A DNA stretch of 60,587 bases, the filler included, from Sluysia triapertura (taxonomy: Eukaryota): assembly GCA_046118255.1 (NCBI GenBank). It is 4 parts of 4 records of this genome, joined end to end, with 100 filler letters (N's around TTAATTAATTAA, not from the genome) between each part and the next. Parts side by side here need not be neighbours in the genome. Positions count along the whole stretch, not along the records: positions 24,443 to 44,975 come from JBJNIA010016636.1; 3 more parts are not named here. The stretch is one strand, 5' to 3'. The notes under the pieces are model-generated. The model was not told the DNA's origin and did no database searches. It worked only from the letters and a program-made list of their open reading frames with translations. How positions within the stretch are numbered: the first letter of the stretch is position 1; the number at the start of each line of letters is the position of its first letter. Shown here one piece after another: positions 24,443 through 34,787 of the stretch. The position numbers and the translations under genes were made by a program.

Positions 24443-27181
24443 TCACCATTAAATTATTAAATTTATTAAATTATTTAAAATTATTAGTTTATTTCCAGTC
24501 GATTCAACAATTATTATAGATTCATCATTACACAAGATTACAAAATGTATTATTTTAAACACAAAATTATGGATTATACAAAATTATCATTTAAAATTAC
24601 AAAATTATAAATTATACACAAAATTATAAATATGTAAAATTATTTCCACTCATTAATGTCATAATAAATTTTATTTTTATATAATTTCTATTTAATCACA
24701 ATTCAAAATGATTTTTCTCGAATATAATCCTCTCAAAGTTTGGTTACATATAACTTTTGTCTATACTATCTAGATCATAATTTAGATTATTTTTGATCGA
24801 AAATAATGTTATTAATTTTTGATTAATTTCAATTTAATATGATTTTATCTTACACATTATATTCTAAATCGTGCTTTTTAGATAATTTTAGTCGGATTTT
24901 ATGTTTTTAATGTTTGATTTTATGTCACTTAATTTAATTTATTATTGACTATGATAATAAGGTTTGATGTTTATACATTTTAATTTCACATTGTCTTCAC
25001 AGAATTTCATTTTAAAATGATTGTTTATACGATTTCGATTTATAATTGATTGCTATTTGTTACTAAATTTTAAATTTATATTAATTCTATGTAATCTTAT
25101 TTTAAATTAATATAAAAGCATTACAATCTCGGTGATCATGATTTTAATTTTATTTTGAAAATAAAATAAAATAAATATTTGAAAATTTAAAGTGAATTAA
25201 AATTTAATTGGTCATATTATTACTAAAATAAATACATTAACTAGAACAAGAAATTAGCTACATAACTGAAATTAACTATACGGAAATCATGACTATGGAA
25301 ACGTTATTATAGAATGGATTGCAAAAAGTTATTGTTCATAATATAATATTAGTGAAAAATACTATATAAAATGGAGTGAAGGACACAAAAAAAATTTATA
25401 AACATCGGAGAGATATTTATTTATGTCAAATCCATTGATACATTTATTTGTAACAAAGTGCAAAACTTGAATTGATAATTATTTATGAAAAATTATAAAG
25501 GTCGATTTGATACTTATTTATTCATTTAACAATAAACTGTGTAACTTTGTAATTTTAATTAAATGTAGTCCTTTTTTAAGTATTTTTATATTTATTTTGT
25601 TTTATTTGTTGTTTAATATACTTTTTATGATTTAAGAGTTTTTTTGCATTTCTCAGTTTAGTGAATTGAGATTTTGGAATTATTTTAACTGTACAACTTG
25701 CACTTCCATCTGTGCCATCCGAAATTGGGTCAGAAATAACCTTTGCATAATGGAGATTAACAGAATCTAAAGGAAAATTTGCTCATCGTTTTGTAAAGAA
25801 AAACCATAATATATAAAATATAATCCTGCGTATATCACATTACATCCAAAATAAGAATCATGAAATTAAAATTAAAGAGTTATAAAGCTAAAGTAATAAA
25901 CAAGTTAATTTTTTAAATCATTAAAAAAAATAAAGTAATTATTATAAAGTAATTCAATTATTTTATTATTATTGTAAGTAAAAGTAATAGTATTAGTACT
26001 GCTTATTTCTGTATTAGGGAAATTAAAAATTAAGCTGTTAAGTTCGTGCTTCTCAGGACGAATAACAATATGTAATGGAAAAATTTTATAGTTACGATAA
26101 TGAATGTAATAATGTGCTGAATTATAATAAAAATAAGCTAAATAATGATTTTAATCACAACAAATAGTAATTTAATGGGTGTTAAAATATTGATAATATT
26201 TTATAGCGTTATTTATGCTTTCATAGAAAGCATAAATAATACTAATGTTAGTTAATGAAAATATTTAATAAAAACCTCAATTTTTATAAGTTTTAGACGT
26301 CAATAATTTCTAATTTAAATTTTTGGTTAACAATAGTTTATTGCCACATTTAAGCTAATTTAAATGCAAAAGCGTCATGTGCACAAGGAATTAATTGTAT
26401 TAGTGATGCTTATTATTTGTTGAAGAGTTTAGGAATCTTATGGTTTGTCGTTAGCTTAAATGTCATAAGATATCATTTTTAAGATATTGAAGATGGTATG
26501 CGTCATAAATGTGTTAAGACTGGATGAAATTTCTGAGTTTAAAATATTACCGCTAACTTGTAATTTCAAATATAGTGCATATATTAAGTGGCAATTAATA
26601 AATAATTGTTTATTGATTTTTTCTTTATCACATTATCCGTTATGTTGTAAAGTGATGATTTTATTCCATCAATCATTACATTATAGGTGGATTTTGTAAG
26701 AAGACACATTTGCATTGAGTTTATTTGTTTGAATTGATATTAACTGATAAGAGTTTAAATTTCTACAGAATAGCATGAGAAATGATATTCTTTGATATTT
26801 CTTTCAATTTAAAATTCATAGTAATGATGAAGTTAAATGAAATTGCATCAGTTATTAATATATTAAATCAAATTCTCGTAAAGTTTATAAATTACATATG
26901 ATGCCTACTTTTCGCCATAAGTCACTTACTGTATGCTAATCCAAAATATATTCATTAAGCTAGCTAAGTTTAAGTTAAGGATTTTCGATAAAAAATATTC
27001 TAACAGTTCAGTAGCATTATAATTTAACTAGGCCATAATTTAAGTCTAGTCAACCAATGTATTTACGTAATCAACACAAAATATTTTTGATTATTTTTGC
27101 TAATTACCTTAGTTTCAAATATTATTGTTTCATTAAAATAAAACATGAAAATAAAAATTAGATCACAGTTTAAAAACTAAC

Positions 27182-30100
27182 ATTAGTTCCAAGAATACAT
27201 CGAGATAATCCAACAAAAGTTTTTCCTGCAGCTGGTATTCCTCCTACCATTCGAAATTTGCCATCACTTGTAAGATAACTGAATGCACCACCACTACCCA
27301 TAAATCCAAAAATGCATGGTAAAAATTCTTTCGATGCTTTTGAAAGAGTTTTATGAACACATTTTTTATAATAGACTTCTAGCTATTTAATGTTAGAATA
27401 ATATTAAGATAGTATAATAATTCAAAATTATTCGTGACGGAAATATTTACATTTTGTGCAAGTATAAAAAAATTATTTTATTTATATAATCCGCAATATT
27501 TAAGTATTGGAAATTTAACTTAGCCACATTATGTAAGTATAAATAACAAATTATACTTTTATGTTGCATCAAACACATCATACTGAATTACCCAATTGTT
27601 TTCGAATGAAGATACCAATTATTTTGTTTAATTTCAGTAATAAAAGTATGTTTATTTGACGCATCGTTAAGTTCGTACTACCAATTTGACATATTATGAG
27701 ATTTGTAGAATTTAATAAAATTATTAAATGAACTTAGAGGTTGGTTAGAATGGTCATTCAAACTTTAACCTTTGAATTAAAACAAGAAAACTTTCGAAAT
27801 CGTTATTTACGATTGAAACCATCCCAGGGTCTCTCGATCCAAAATGAATAAATATTAATTGTAAAATAAATAGAAATTATAAAATAAATAAAAATGGCTA
27901 ACAAGCAGTGTAGTACTGCTCATACCGTTGTAATAATAACTTATGCAATGAACAATCTTAACGCCAATACTATAATCCTCAGATTTACAGTTAAAATTAA
28001 CTAAAATACTCTTTGAAGAAGCTATATGAGGGTTCATTTTTATCAATTTTCATATTATAAATAGAATTTGATTTACTATTTTTATTTTTTTGTGTTGAAT
28101 TTTAATTCTAGTGAAAACAAATTAGTGATCGCATTTAGTATTTTGATTTTTAAAATAGTTGTATTATTTTTGAATTATTGTGACTCTATGTTAAATATAT
28201 TATCATCTAAATCACAGTTCTTTTTATTAGTTACATTACGTATAGGCCGATTTTTTGATTTTGATTTATAAGTTTGAGCGGTATTTTATATTCAAACGAT
28301 TGATGTAAAGTGTTACCATTATTATTTATTTATTTGATTTAATATTCATTTGTTTGATTAAAAATTTCATTCTTTTGTAACCGCCTGTATCACGATTAGT
28401 TATTTAAGAAATTAAAGACCTAAAATGTTTTAATTTTAAAATTATTTATTATTTTGAGAGCTTATTTATGTTGCCCTTTAATTTTTTTGTACTAATTTTA
28501 TTTAGTGTCATTAATTGGTTAGAGTAAGAATTAATGAATTCAAAGCAACAATAATTCAACATCACGACAAATAGATACTCTGTAAAATATGTGCCAAACA
28601 ATAGTTCTAGAAATTTAAGATTATTAAAAAAGCTCGACATAAATTGTTAAAGTATTTATATAAAGATAAAATTAGACCCTCAATTTAGGAGAAAGCAATT
28701 TGTAAATTAAACTATGTAGAATAAAAAATTGATATATAAATTACACATTAAAATTGTTCACTTTTAATTACAGGTATGCCCACTATACATTGTAAGTCGC
28801 ACAGTTTAACCGAACCTAGTTAAAGATTATTTTGGCCTAAGTTAAGAATAAGAAAAACCATAGCAGTAGAGTGACATAATTGTTCAGTTTGTCATCCTAA
28901 GTATAAATTATTTGAACTATTAATTTAAATGAAGCCCTGGTAGTACACTTTAATATCGACATAATACTGCCGCTTATTTCAAAATAGCATTTTTATGAAA
29001 GATACGAAGCTCCATAAATTCAATACATTTACATATTAAAATATTTTGATCGTGAAAGTATTTTAATATCAATATGGGCTACAAATAACTTTATGTAAGT
29101 TTAACAAGATTAAAATTTATTTTGGTTTTGACATTTACTATTCTGCAATTATTTGCATCACGTTTTTGTTGTTATTAACTGCTATTGAATTATTTGACAT
29201 TAATTCTTTTCATTAAACTGAAACACATTTGAAACACTTTTCTATAATTGAAAAGGATTTTAATTATTTTAAAGACAACAATCACATTTTTTTGTATTAT
29301 TTTATCTAAATATATCCTAAGAATTGCAGCGCATACATATTACTTATACAATAGATTTTAATTAAAGAAAATACATTAGTAAGCGATTATTGTTTATTTT
29401 CTATTAACGTTTATAATTTCAGCAAATATTTCAATGAAAAATACTGCATTAAACAACATTAAGCTGTAATTTTATAACTTACATGTAATAAAAAATTATT
29501 GGTTTGTTTAACGTCACCAACTTCAATTGTTGGAAATATAATATCATTGAATTGAACACTATTAATTAATTGATATGCACCTCGGGATTGTGCCACAAAT
29601 TCGTCAATAAATTCGACTTCGCGTTCCAGTATCTGTTTGATAATTTCACTAAATAAATTATACAAATTTAATTCTATAAATAAAAAAATCGTTTGTTTTG
29701 TATAAAACTATCAGATGATTCATAATTTTTCAATAATTTTAAATCGATAATATTTTGGGATTGTTTATTACAAAAATGCATGATAAAAATAGACCTTGAA
29801 GATAAAAATAGTAACTTGGTCGAATAATTTATTTCTGTTTAAATTTTTAATTTATAGATTAAAAACAAATAAAATTATAAATTTAATATACATTTTTTAA
29901 CAAAGATTAGCTTTATGAACACAATTTTAATTTTATGTATAATTGATAAATAAACAAATGTAATATTTGCTTTTTCTGGCTTCATTTTACATTTAGTTAT
30001 AGTTACACTTTCTCACCGTATTGTTAGAGGTTTAAAAATGTTAAAAGTTATATTTATTTTTAGTCATAACTATTCTAAAGAGTAAATGCATTTGCAACAA

Positions 30101-30792
30101 ATATTTTTTAATCATTTCAAAAAGTTTATTATTTCATTCTAAATGTTTTGATTAGGTTTTTCTTTATTGCTTGATGAAAATTAATGTATAGCAATAAAAA
30201 TTAGTTTATATTTCGCTAATATTTACTTCAAAATAAGTGCTCGAAAGCGCTTAAAATAAATTACTTTGAAGCAGAAATAACTTTGCCTTTATTAATCAAA
30301 CAAAAAAATATTAAGTTTTTTAAATAGTATCAAAATAGTTTTAAGTTTAAGTACGGAAATAATTTAAAGCCATAAAAGTAAAATCATAATTTACTGTCTT
30401 AGCATTATAAATTTAGAAATCTCAGAAATTTATTACTTTATTATTAAGACCTAAAATATAAATAATTTATAAACATACCAAAATTTAATTCCACCAGCTC
30501 CAGTAACATGCATTTTTATTGATTTATCTTCAGGAAATACAGCATTTTCTTTCATCCATTTAATTGATTCTTCAAACATGTCATTTTTGAACAATGCCAG
30601 AGTTAATGGACAAAACGTATGAGTGTCGTCTTCGAAACTTTTTTTATCACTTTTAGCAAGATAAACGATTTTGGTTAATGAGCATCCTCTGTCTATACTG
30701 GATAACACACCTATATTTAAAAGTGATGCTTTTTTAAAATATATCTGATGCATCATGAGTGCGTTATTGGTTTCCGTATTTGATTTAGTCAT
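27182..30792 (-). CDS. Divergent type II pantothenate kinase-like protein, 3'-partial
   Basis: Phase-consistent exons 30792-30479, 29648-29483 and 27382-27182 give SIDRGCSLTKIVY (cf. IDIGGSLTKLVY), HVTGAGGIKF (TGGGAYKF), FIDEFVAQSRG (DE..C...G), FMGSG (NIGSG) and VGGIPAAGKTFVGL (GGTSLGGGTF.GL). No stops. Later exons not found before the contig end. Confidence 0.8.
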
Positions 30793-30859
30793 TGTTTATT
30801 GTAATAAGTAAGAAAAGGAATAAATTTTATAAACGAGTTGTATAAAGAATTATATTATT

Positions 30860-31445
30860 GACCTTTGGAGTACTTAACGTTGATATTCATCAAATCGATT
30901 TAAAGTTAAATTTAATTGTTTTTACTGATATATAATTTTCTTCAAGCATATGTCGAATAACGAGTAATGCCATTCGAGCCGATCGTACACTATATGGATA
31001 AGACAAATAACTTAACAATTTGAACACGTAGTTTGATGATATACAGCTACTCTGTCCAGTTTTGATTATATAATCGTTTCGTAACACTTGTATAATAGCT
31101 TTAGCCCCGATTTTCCCACTTGGTTGATCGTCGTCACTAGTATTAAAGACACATACTAAATCAACAAGGGAAAGTATCATCTGAACAGTCCTAACCAATT
31201 TTTCTTCTGTACCCGACAAAGTTAACATATGACCTGTTGTTTCAGATTGTCGCATGAGAACATCCATACCTAGACTACTAAATTGCACGATAGCATACAA
31301 GCGTTCTAGGTGACTAGTACCGACTTGAACAAGACGATCTACAATTAATTATTTCAGCAGACTCAATCTAGATCCACGATCATTAAAGCGCATCATTGAT
31401 TCTCCTTGGAAAGATTCATCATATGTAGAAATAGATCTGTTAGAT
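30860..31445 (-). pseudogene. Unidentified helical-protein gene fragment with in-frame stops
   Basis: ORF 30890-31300 extends upstream through one TAA (…RLSLLK*LIVDRLVQVGTSHLERLYAIVQF…). It lies between an LTR-like repeat and the PanK start. Confidence 0.4.
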
Positions 31446-31476
31446 AAGCTTCACGTCGTTTTTCTAATTCAGTTAT

Positions 31477-31864
31477 GTTGTACTGATAGAGGTGGGAGAG
31501 GATTAATGATAAAAAATGAAAATAAACAAAAAAATAGAAGGAATAGGAAATAATAATAATGATAACATTATGTGGTTATTATGTTTATTAATACCAAATC
31601 ATTGAGATTTATTATGAAATTTTATTATGAAAATTATTATAAAAATTATTATAAAAGTTATTTGGTATTTATATTATATAACAATAATGACTATAATTGT
31701 TACACATATTTTAATATGATATGAATCGTAATAACAATAGCGATAGTTCATGATAATTAGATGTGATGGTTGTGTTTGTTTTTAAATGAGTTTAGTAGTT
31801 TGTTTGTATATGTGAAGTGCTTTTATGTGATGAAATGTGATGGATTTGTGATGAATTCCCTACA
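31477..31864 (-). mobile_element. Solo-LTR-like repeat (TGTAGGG...), copy A
   Basis: Begins TGTAGGGAA on minus. About 300 bp is clearly homologous to 56245-56537. It truncates the Gypsy 3' LTR. The far end is approximate and no clean TSD is visible. Confidence 0.6.
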
Positions 31865-32178
31865 CATTAAAAACTTCGTCGTCTTCAGAGAGTTTTCTTT
31901 TTTGGTTGTGTTTTTTACGTTTTGTTATTCCTTTTATATTAATTCCCGACACGATAATAATTAAATTTTGATATATACAGTGTTAAATTAAATTTAGTAT
32001 TAATTGAATACACAGTGTTAGTTACTAAATATATACAGTATTAATTTAAATTTCAGTACATACATCGTTATTAATAAATAATTCTATCATAATATTGGAC
32101 ATAATAGTAAGTAATAATAATAATAACAATATTAGTTACTTTTATTAGTTGTATTTAATTTAACAATAATAATAATGA

Positions 32179-32209
<31 letters not shown>

Positions 32210-32350
32210 GAAAAGAATACAGATACAAATCATAATGATAATAATAATAATAATACTAGCAACAATATTATTGTTTTCCCTTTTGTTTTGTTATTAAATT
32301 GTATTAATTGAATTAAAAATTAATTGAGTATATTTTTTAAATGTATTACA
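31865..32350 (-). repeat. 3' LTR of the Gypsy element (truncated)
   Basis: Starts TGTAATACA 2 nt after the PPT and has a TATAAAA box at about 31938-31932. Cut at 31864 by a second LTR-like repeat. Confidence 0.65.
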
Positions 32351-32385
32351 AATTCCTCCCACGACGGGCAAGCTTTGTCCCAAAG

Positions 32386-32794
32386 CTAAGAATAAAAGTA
32401 TTGTTCATCGGATGAAGGGTTGGCGTATCGTTCTGGACGTTTAGTATATATGTCCAAAGATTTATAAAAATTTCGCAATTGTGTTCGTCTTTTGTGTCGA
32501 CGCTGTGATGGAGTCAGTGCAGATGACAAATCAGGCGGAGGCAGTACAGGCGTATTCAAATACTACCTAGAAGATTGGTGTGGTGTGCTAGGTTGAGTTC
32601 AAAAAAGTAACGGAAATGCTCTTTAAAATATGATGTATATCCATGTATTTCTTCGCGACACAGAGCGCATGTTGAAAATTTTGTTGTATTGATGCTAAAC
32701 AAGTTTATGATGCATTTATAGTCATATTTATGATTGCATGGGATGCATTCGACATAATATTCATTTATGTATTCTTACAAATTGGGCAAGCCAT
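32386..32794 (-). pseudogene. RING-finger protein ORF inside the Gypsy element (frameshifted)
   Basis: MACPICKN/..NEYYVECIPCNHKYDYKCIINLFSINTTKFSTCALCREEI gives CxxC..CxHxxDxxC..CxxC spacing, followed by a Pro/basic tail (PVLPPPDLSSALTPSQRRHKRR). Confidence 0.7.
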
Positions 32795-33014
32795 TTATCA
32801 AATAGTGAGAGTAGGGTCACCAAAAACATACTTTTATTAGCCTATATACAGATCCTACCTATGTAGCAATCGTCGATCATGTGCCAACTACTCAGTGAGG
32901 CTGAGATCAGTGGACTTCATACATCGAGATTGAAACCTATAAAGATACAATAAAATAAGTAATACAAAAAAGGTGTATATACAAATGCGTATGTTTATGC
33001 TACTTTCATCGTTA

Positions 33015-33398
33015 TTAATTCCTTCTTACGTTACAGCAACAGCTGCTTATGGGATATATAAGTGTTAAGCCTGTAAACGGATGCACTACTGCATTGTATA
33101 AAATTCGCATAGTATCCAGTCCGATAATGCATGATGTAGGGCAATTTCTGATGATAACAAAAGTGACCATTACTCTTCGATCTAGAATTTCGATCTCATT
33201 TGTGATCAAAACGACTACAGGTACGTCACGACCCATGCAGTCAACTAACTGACCAGCAGTTGGTTGAATAAAAGATAGTTCATGTAGCTGTAATGATACA
33301 AAGTGACGTATTGTATATGGAGCAGCTGTATCAAGAAGTGCACGTCCTGGTATTCCATTAATTTTTATGTTCTGCCATACACAGGGTTTGTCAATCAT
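33015..33398 (-). CDS. Second, stand-alone retropepsin-like aspartic protease
   Basis: IKINGIPGRALLDTAAPYTI...FVIIRNCPTSCIIGLDTM matches the retropepsin pattern (DTG replaced by DTA; IIGxD). Open 127-aa frame. Confidence 0.75.
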   Translation of the reverse strand: MIDKPCVWQNIKINGIPGRALLDTAAPYTIRHFVSLQLHELSFIQPTAGQLVDCMGRDVPVVVLITNEIEILDRRVMVTFVIIRNCPTSCIIGLDTMRILYNAVVHPFTGLTLIYPISSCCCNVRRN

Positions 33399-33404
33399 TG
33401 GGTT

Positions 33405-34262
33405 TCAAAGTGTTAATAACGGTTTTGGATTATATATAGTGAATTTTCTCTTTTGTCTTACACAGACTTTCTTGGGTTTCGACCAGCGAAAAATTGAAAT
33501 AACAATAGAGATTACAGTCCAGCTGAATTCTATTATTATTGTTGCAATCAGGAGTTTTATCAACTAAATTGAATGAGTGCAGTTTGATTCCTTTTCTAAA
33601 TTGGTTAACTTCATAGGAATTTTCATCGATGAGTTTGTTGAATCAGTGTAGTTATATGAATATCGGGGTGTCGATGTAATTTCGGATTTCTGTGTTGTAG
33701 TCATTGAGGAAATACCAAGGTTACTATCCGTATTATTTCCGTCAGGGTGAAATTCTTTATCATCATAAGAGTCGGTTGTTATCTCGTATATGAAATCATA
33801 GTCACCTTTTCGTTTGGATAATTGAAGTTTTCATAATTCCTGTGATGCTCGGGGCCAAATCTAAAGCTTCGACGTTCCATAAAGATAGGTACCCATGTAG
33901 GTAGTTCATACGTGGTATCCGGTGATAAGTGTTTGCAGACAACAGGTTGGTCCGGTCACATTACTTTTATTTTATCATTTGGACATATTAAAAGGGCTAA
34001 AAACGGTATAATGGCCAAATATATCTTTACAGAATCAGAAGTAGTTGATATTTGCAAGTGGTCCTTGATTATTTTAATAGTTTCATCCATTCCAGGGTAT
34101 TCGTTGGTTTTGAGGGTAAATACGATATTTAGGACAGTTAATTGATCCTGTTTATAGATAGGTATTAAGTGTCTGTAGTGAAAATGTGAAGTCTGGTATC
34201 CAATTCTGTGGGTAAGTGCATGTTATTAATGCAAATAATACAAATGTTTGTAAGTGCCATCT
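33405..34262 (-). pseudogene. Decayed type I membrane glycoprotein ORF inside the Gypsy element
   Basis: Signal-like RWHLQTFVLFALITCTYP, an ectodomain with stops, a Ser/Thr-rich stalk with N-glycan sequons (NNT, NYT, NSS, NCT), a hydrophobic segment LIKLLIATIIIEFSWTVISIVISIF and a basic tail RWSKPKKVCVRQKRK. Confidence 0.55.
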
Positions 34263-34276
34263 CGCGTTATTATGAG

Positions 34277-34786
34277 TCAGTGAAAAGGTGGGGGTGTTTC
34301 TTCATAAGGAGGAGGTTTTCGTTTTAAATAACAATTTTTCCAATCTATTAATGATAATAACAACAATAAGATAGCGAAAAAACAAAAAAATGGAATCATC
34401 AAAATTAAAGTGAACAATGGTTCTTGTAGTACTATTGATGTAATAGTCGTGTTTGTAGTTAAGTCGAGGTATTCCAACATCCATGTGTATGAATTTTGTA
34501 TTACATTACAATAGCAGATATCAATTCCATGATTTGAACAATTCATTAGGAAATATGGTTTATTCGTATTCAATCGAACTATATGTACTATATTTGCACA
34601 GGGCTTTTTATTACATGACGGTTTGCAAGAAAGACTTGCACTTGGTACCTCTTTCCCAAGGTAAGCTAGTAACTTTACAAGAGGTTTATTACATTCCGTG
34701 GCTCTGCATGCATCTGTTTCAACAATCAAATTGTTCCAAGTGATACTGAATATAAGTATCATTAAGACATTCGTTAATCCTTTCAT
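34277..34786 (-). CDS. Intact 169-aa Cys-rich type I membrane protein in the env position, with PPPY tail
   Basis: ATG lies 1 nt after the pol stop (TAAcATG). Signal peptide MKGLTNVLMILIFSITW, 8 ectodomain Cys, sequons NCS and NTT, TM LFTLILMIPFFCFFAILLLLLSLI, tail WKNCYLKRKPPPYEETPPPFH. Confidence 0.75.
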   Translation of the reverse strand: MKGLTNVLMILIFSITWNNLIVETDACRATECNKPLVKLLAYLGKEVPSASLSCKPSCNKKPCANIVHIVRLNTNKPYFLMNCSNHGIDICYCNVIQNSYTWMLEYLDLTTNTTITSIVLQEPLFTLILMIPFFCFFAILLLLLSLIDWKNCYLKRKPPPYEETPPPFH

Positions 34787-34787
34787 G

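Noticed and set aside
25690-25770. Fourth PanK exon
   Set aside because: Has an acceptor-like site but no PanK motifs and no suitable donor in the required phase.
30890-31445. Alternative genetic code (TAA read-through) to explain in-frame stops
   Set aside because: ROR, PDZ and PanK exons translate cleanly in the standard code, and the broken ORFs in this window also show frameshifts and all three stop codons, which indicates decay.
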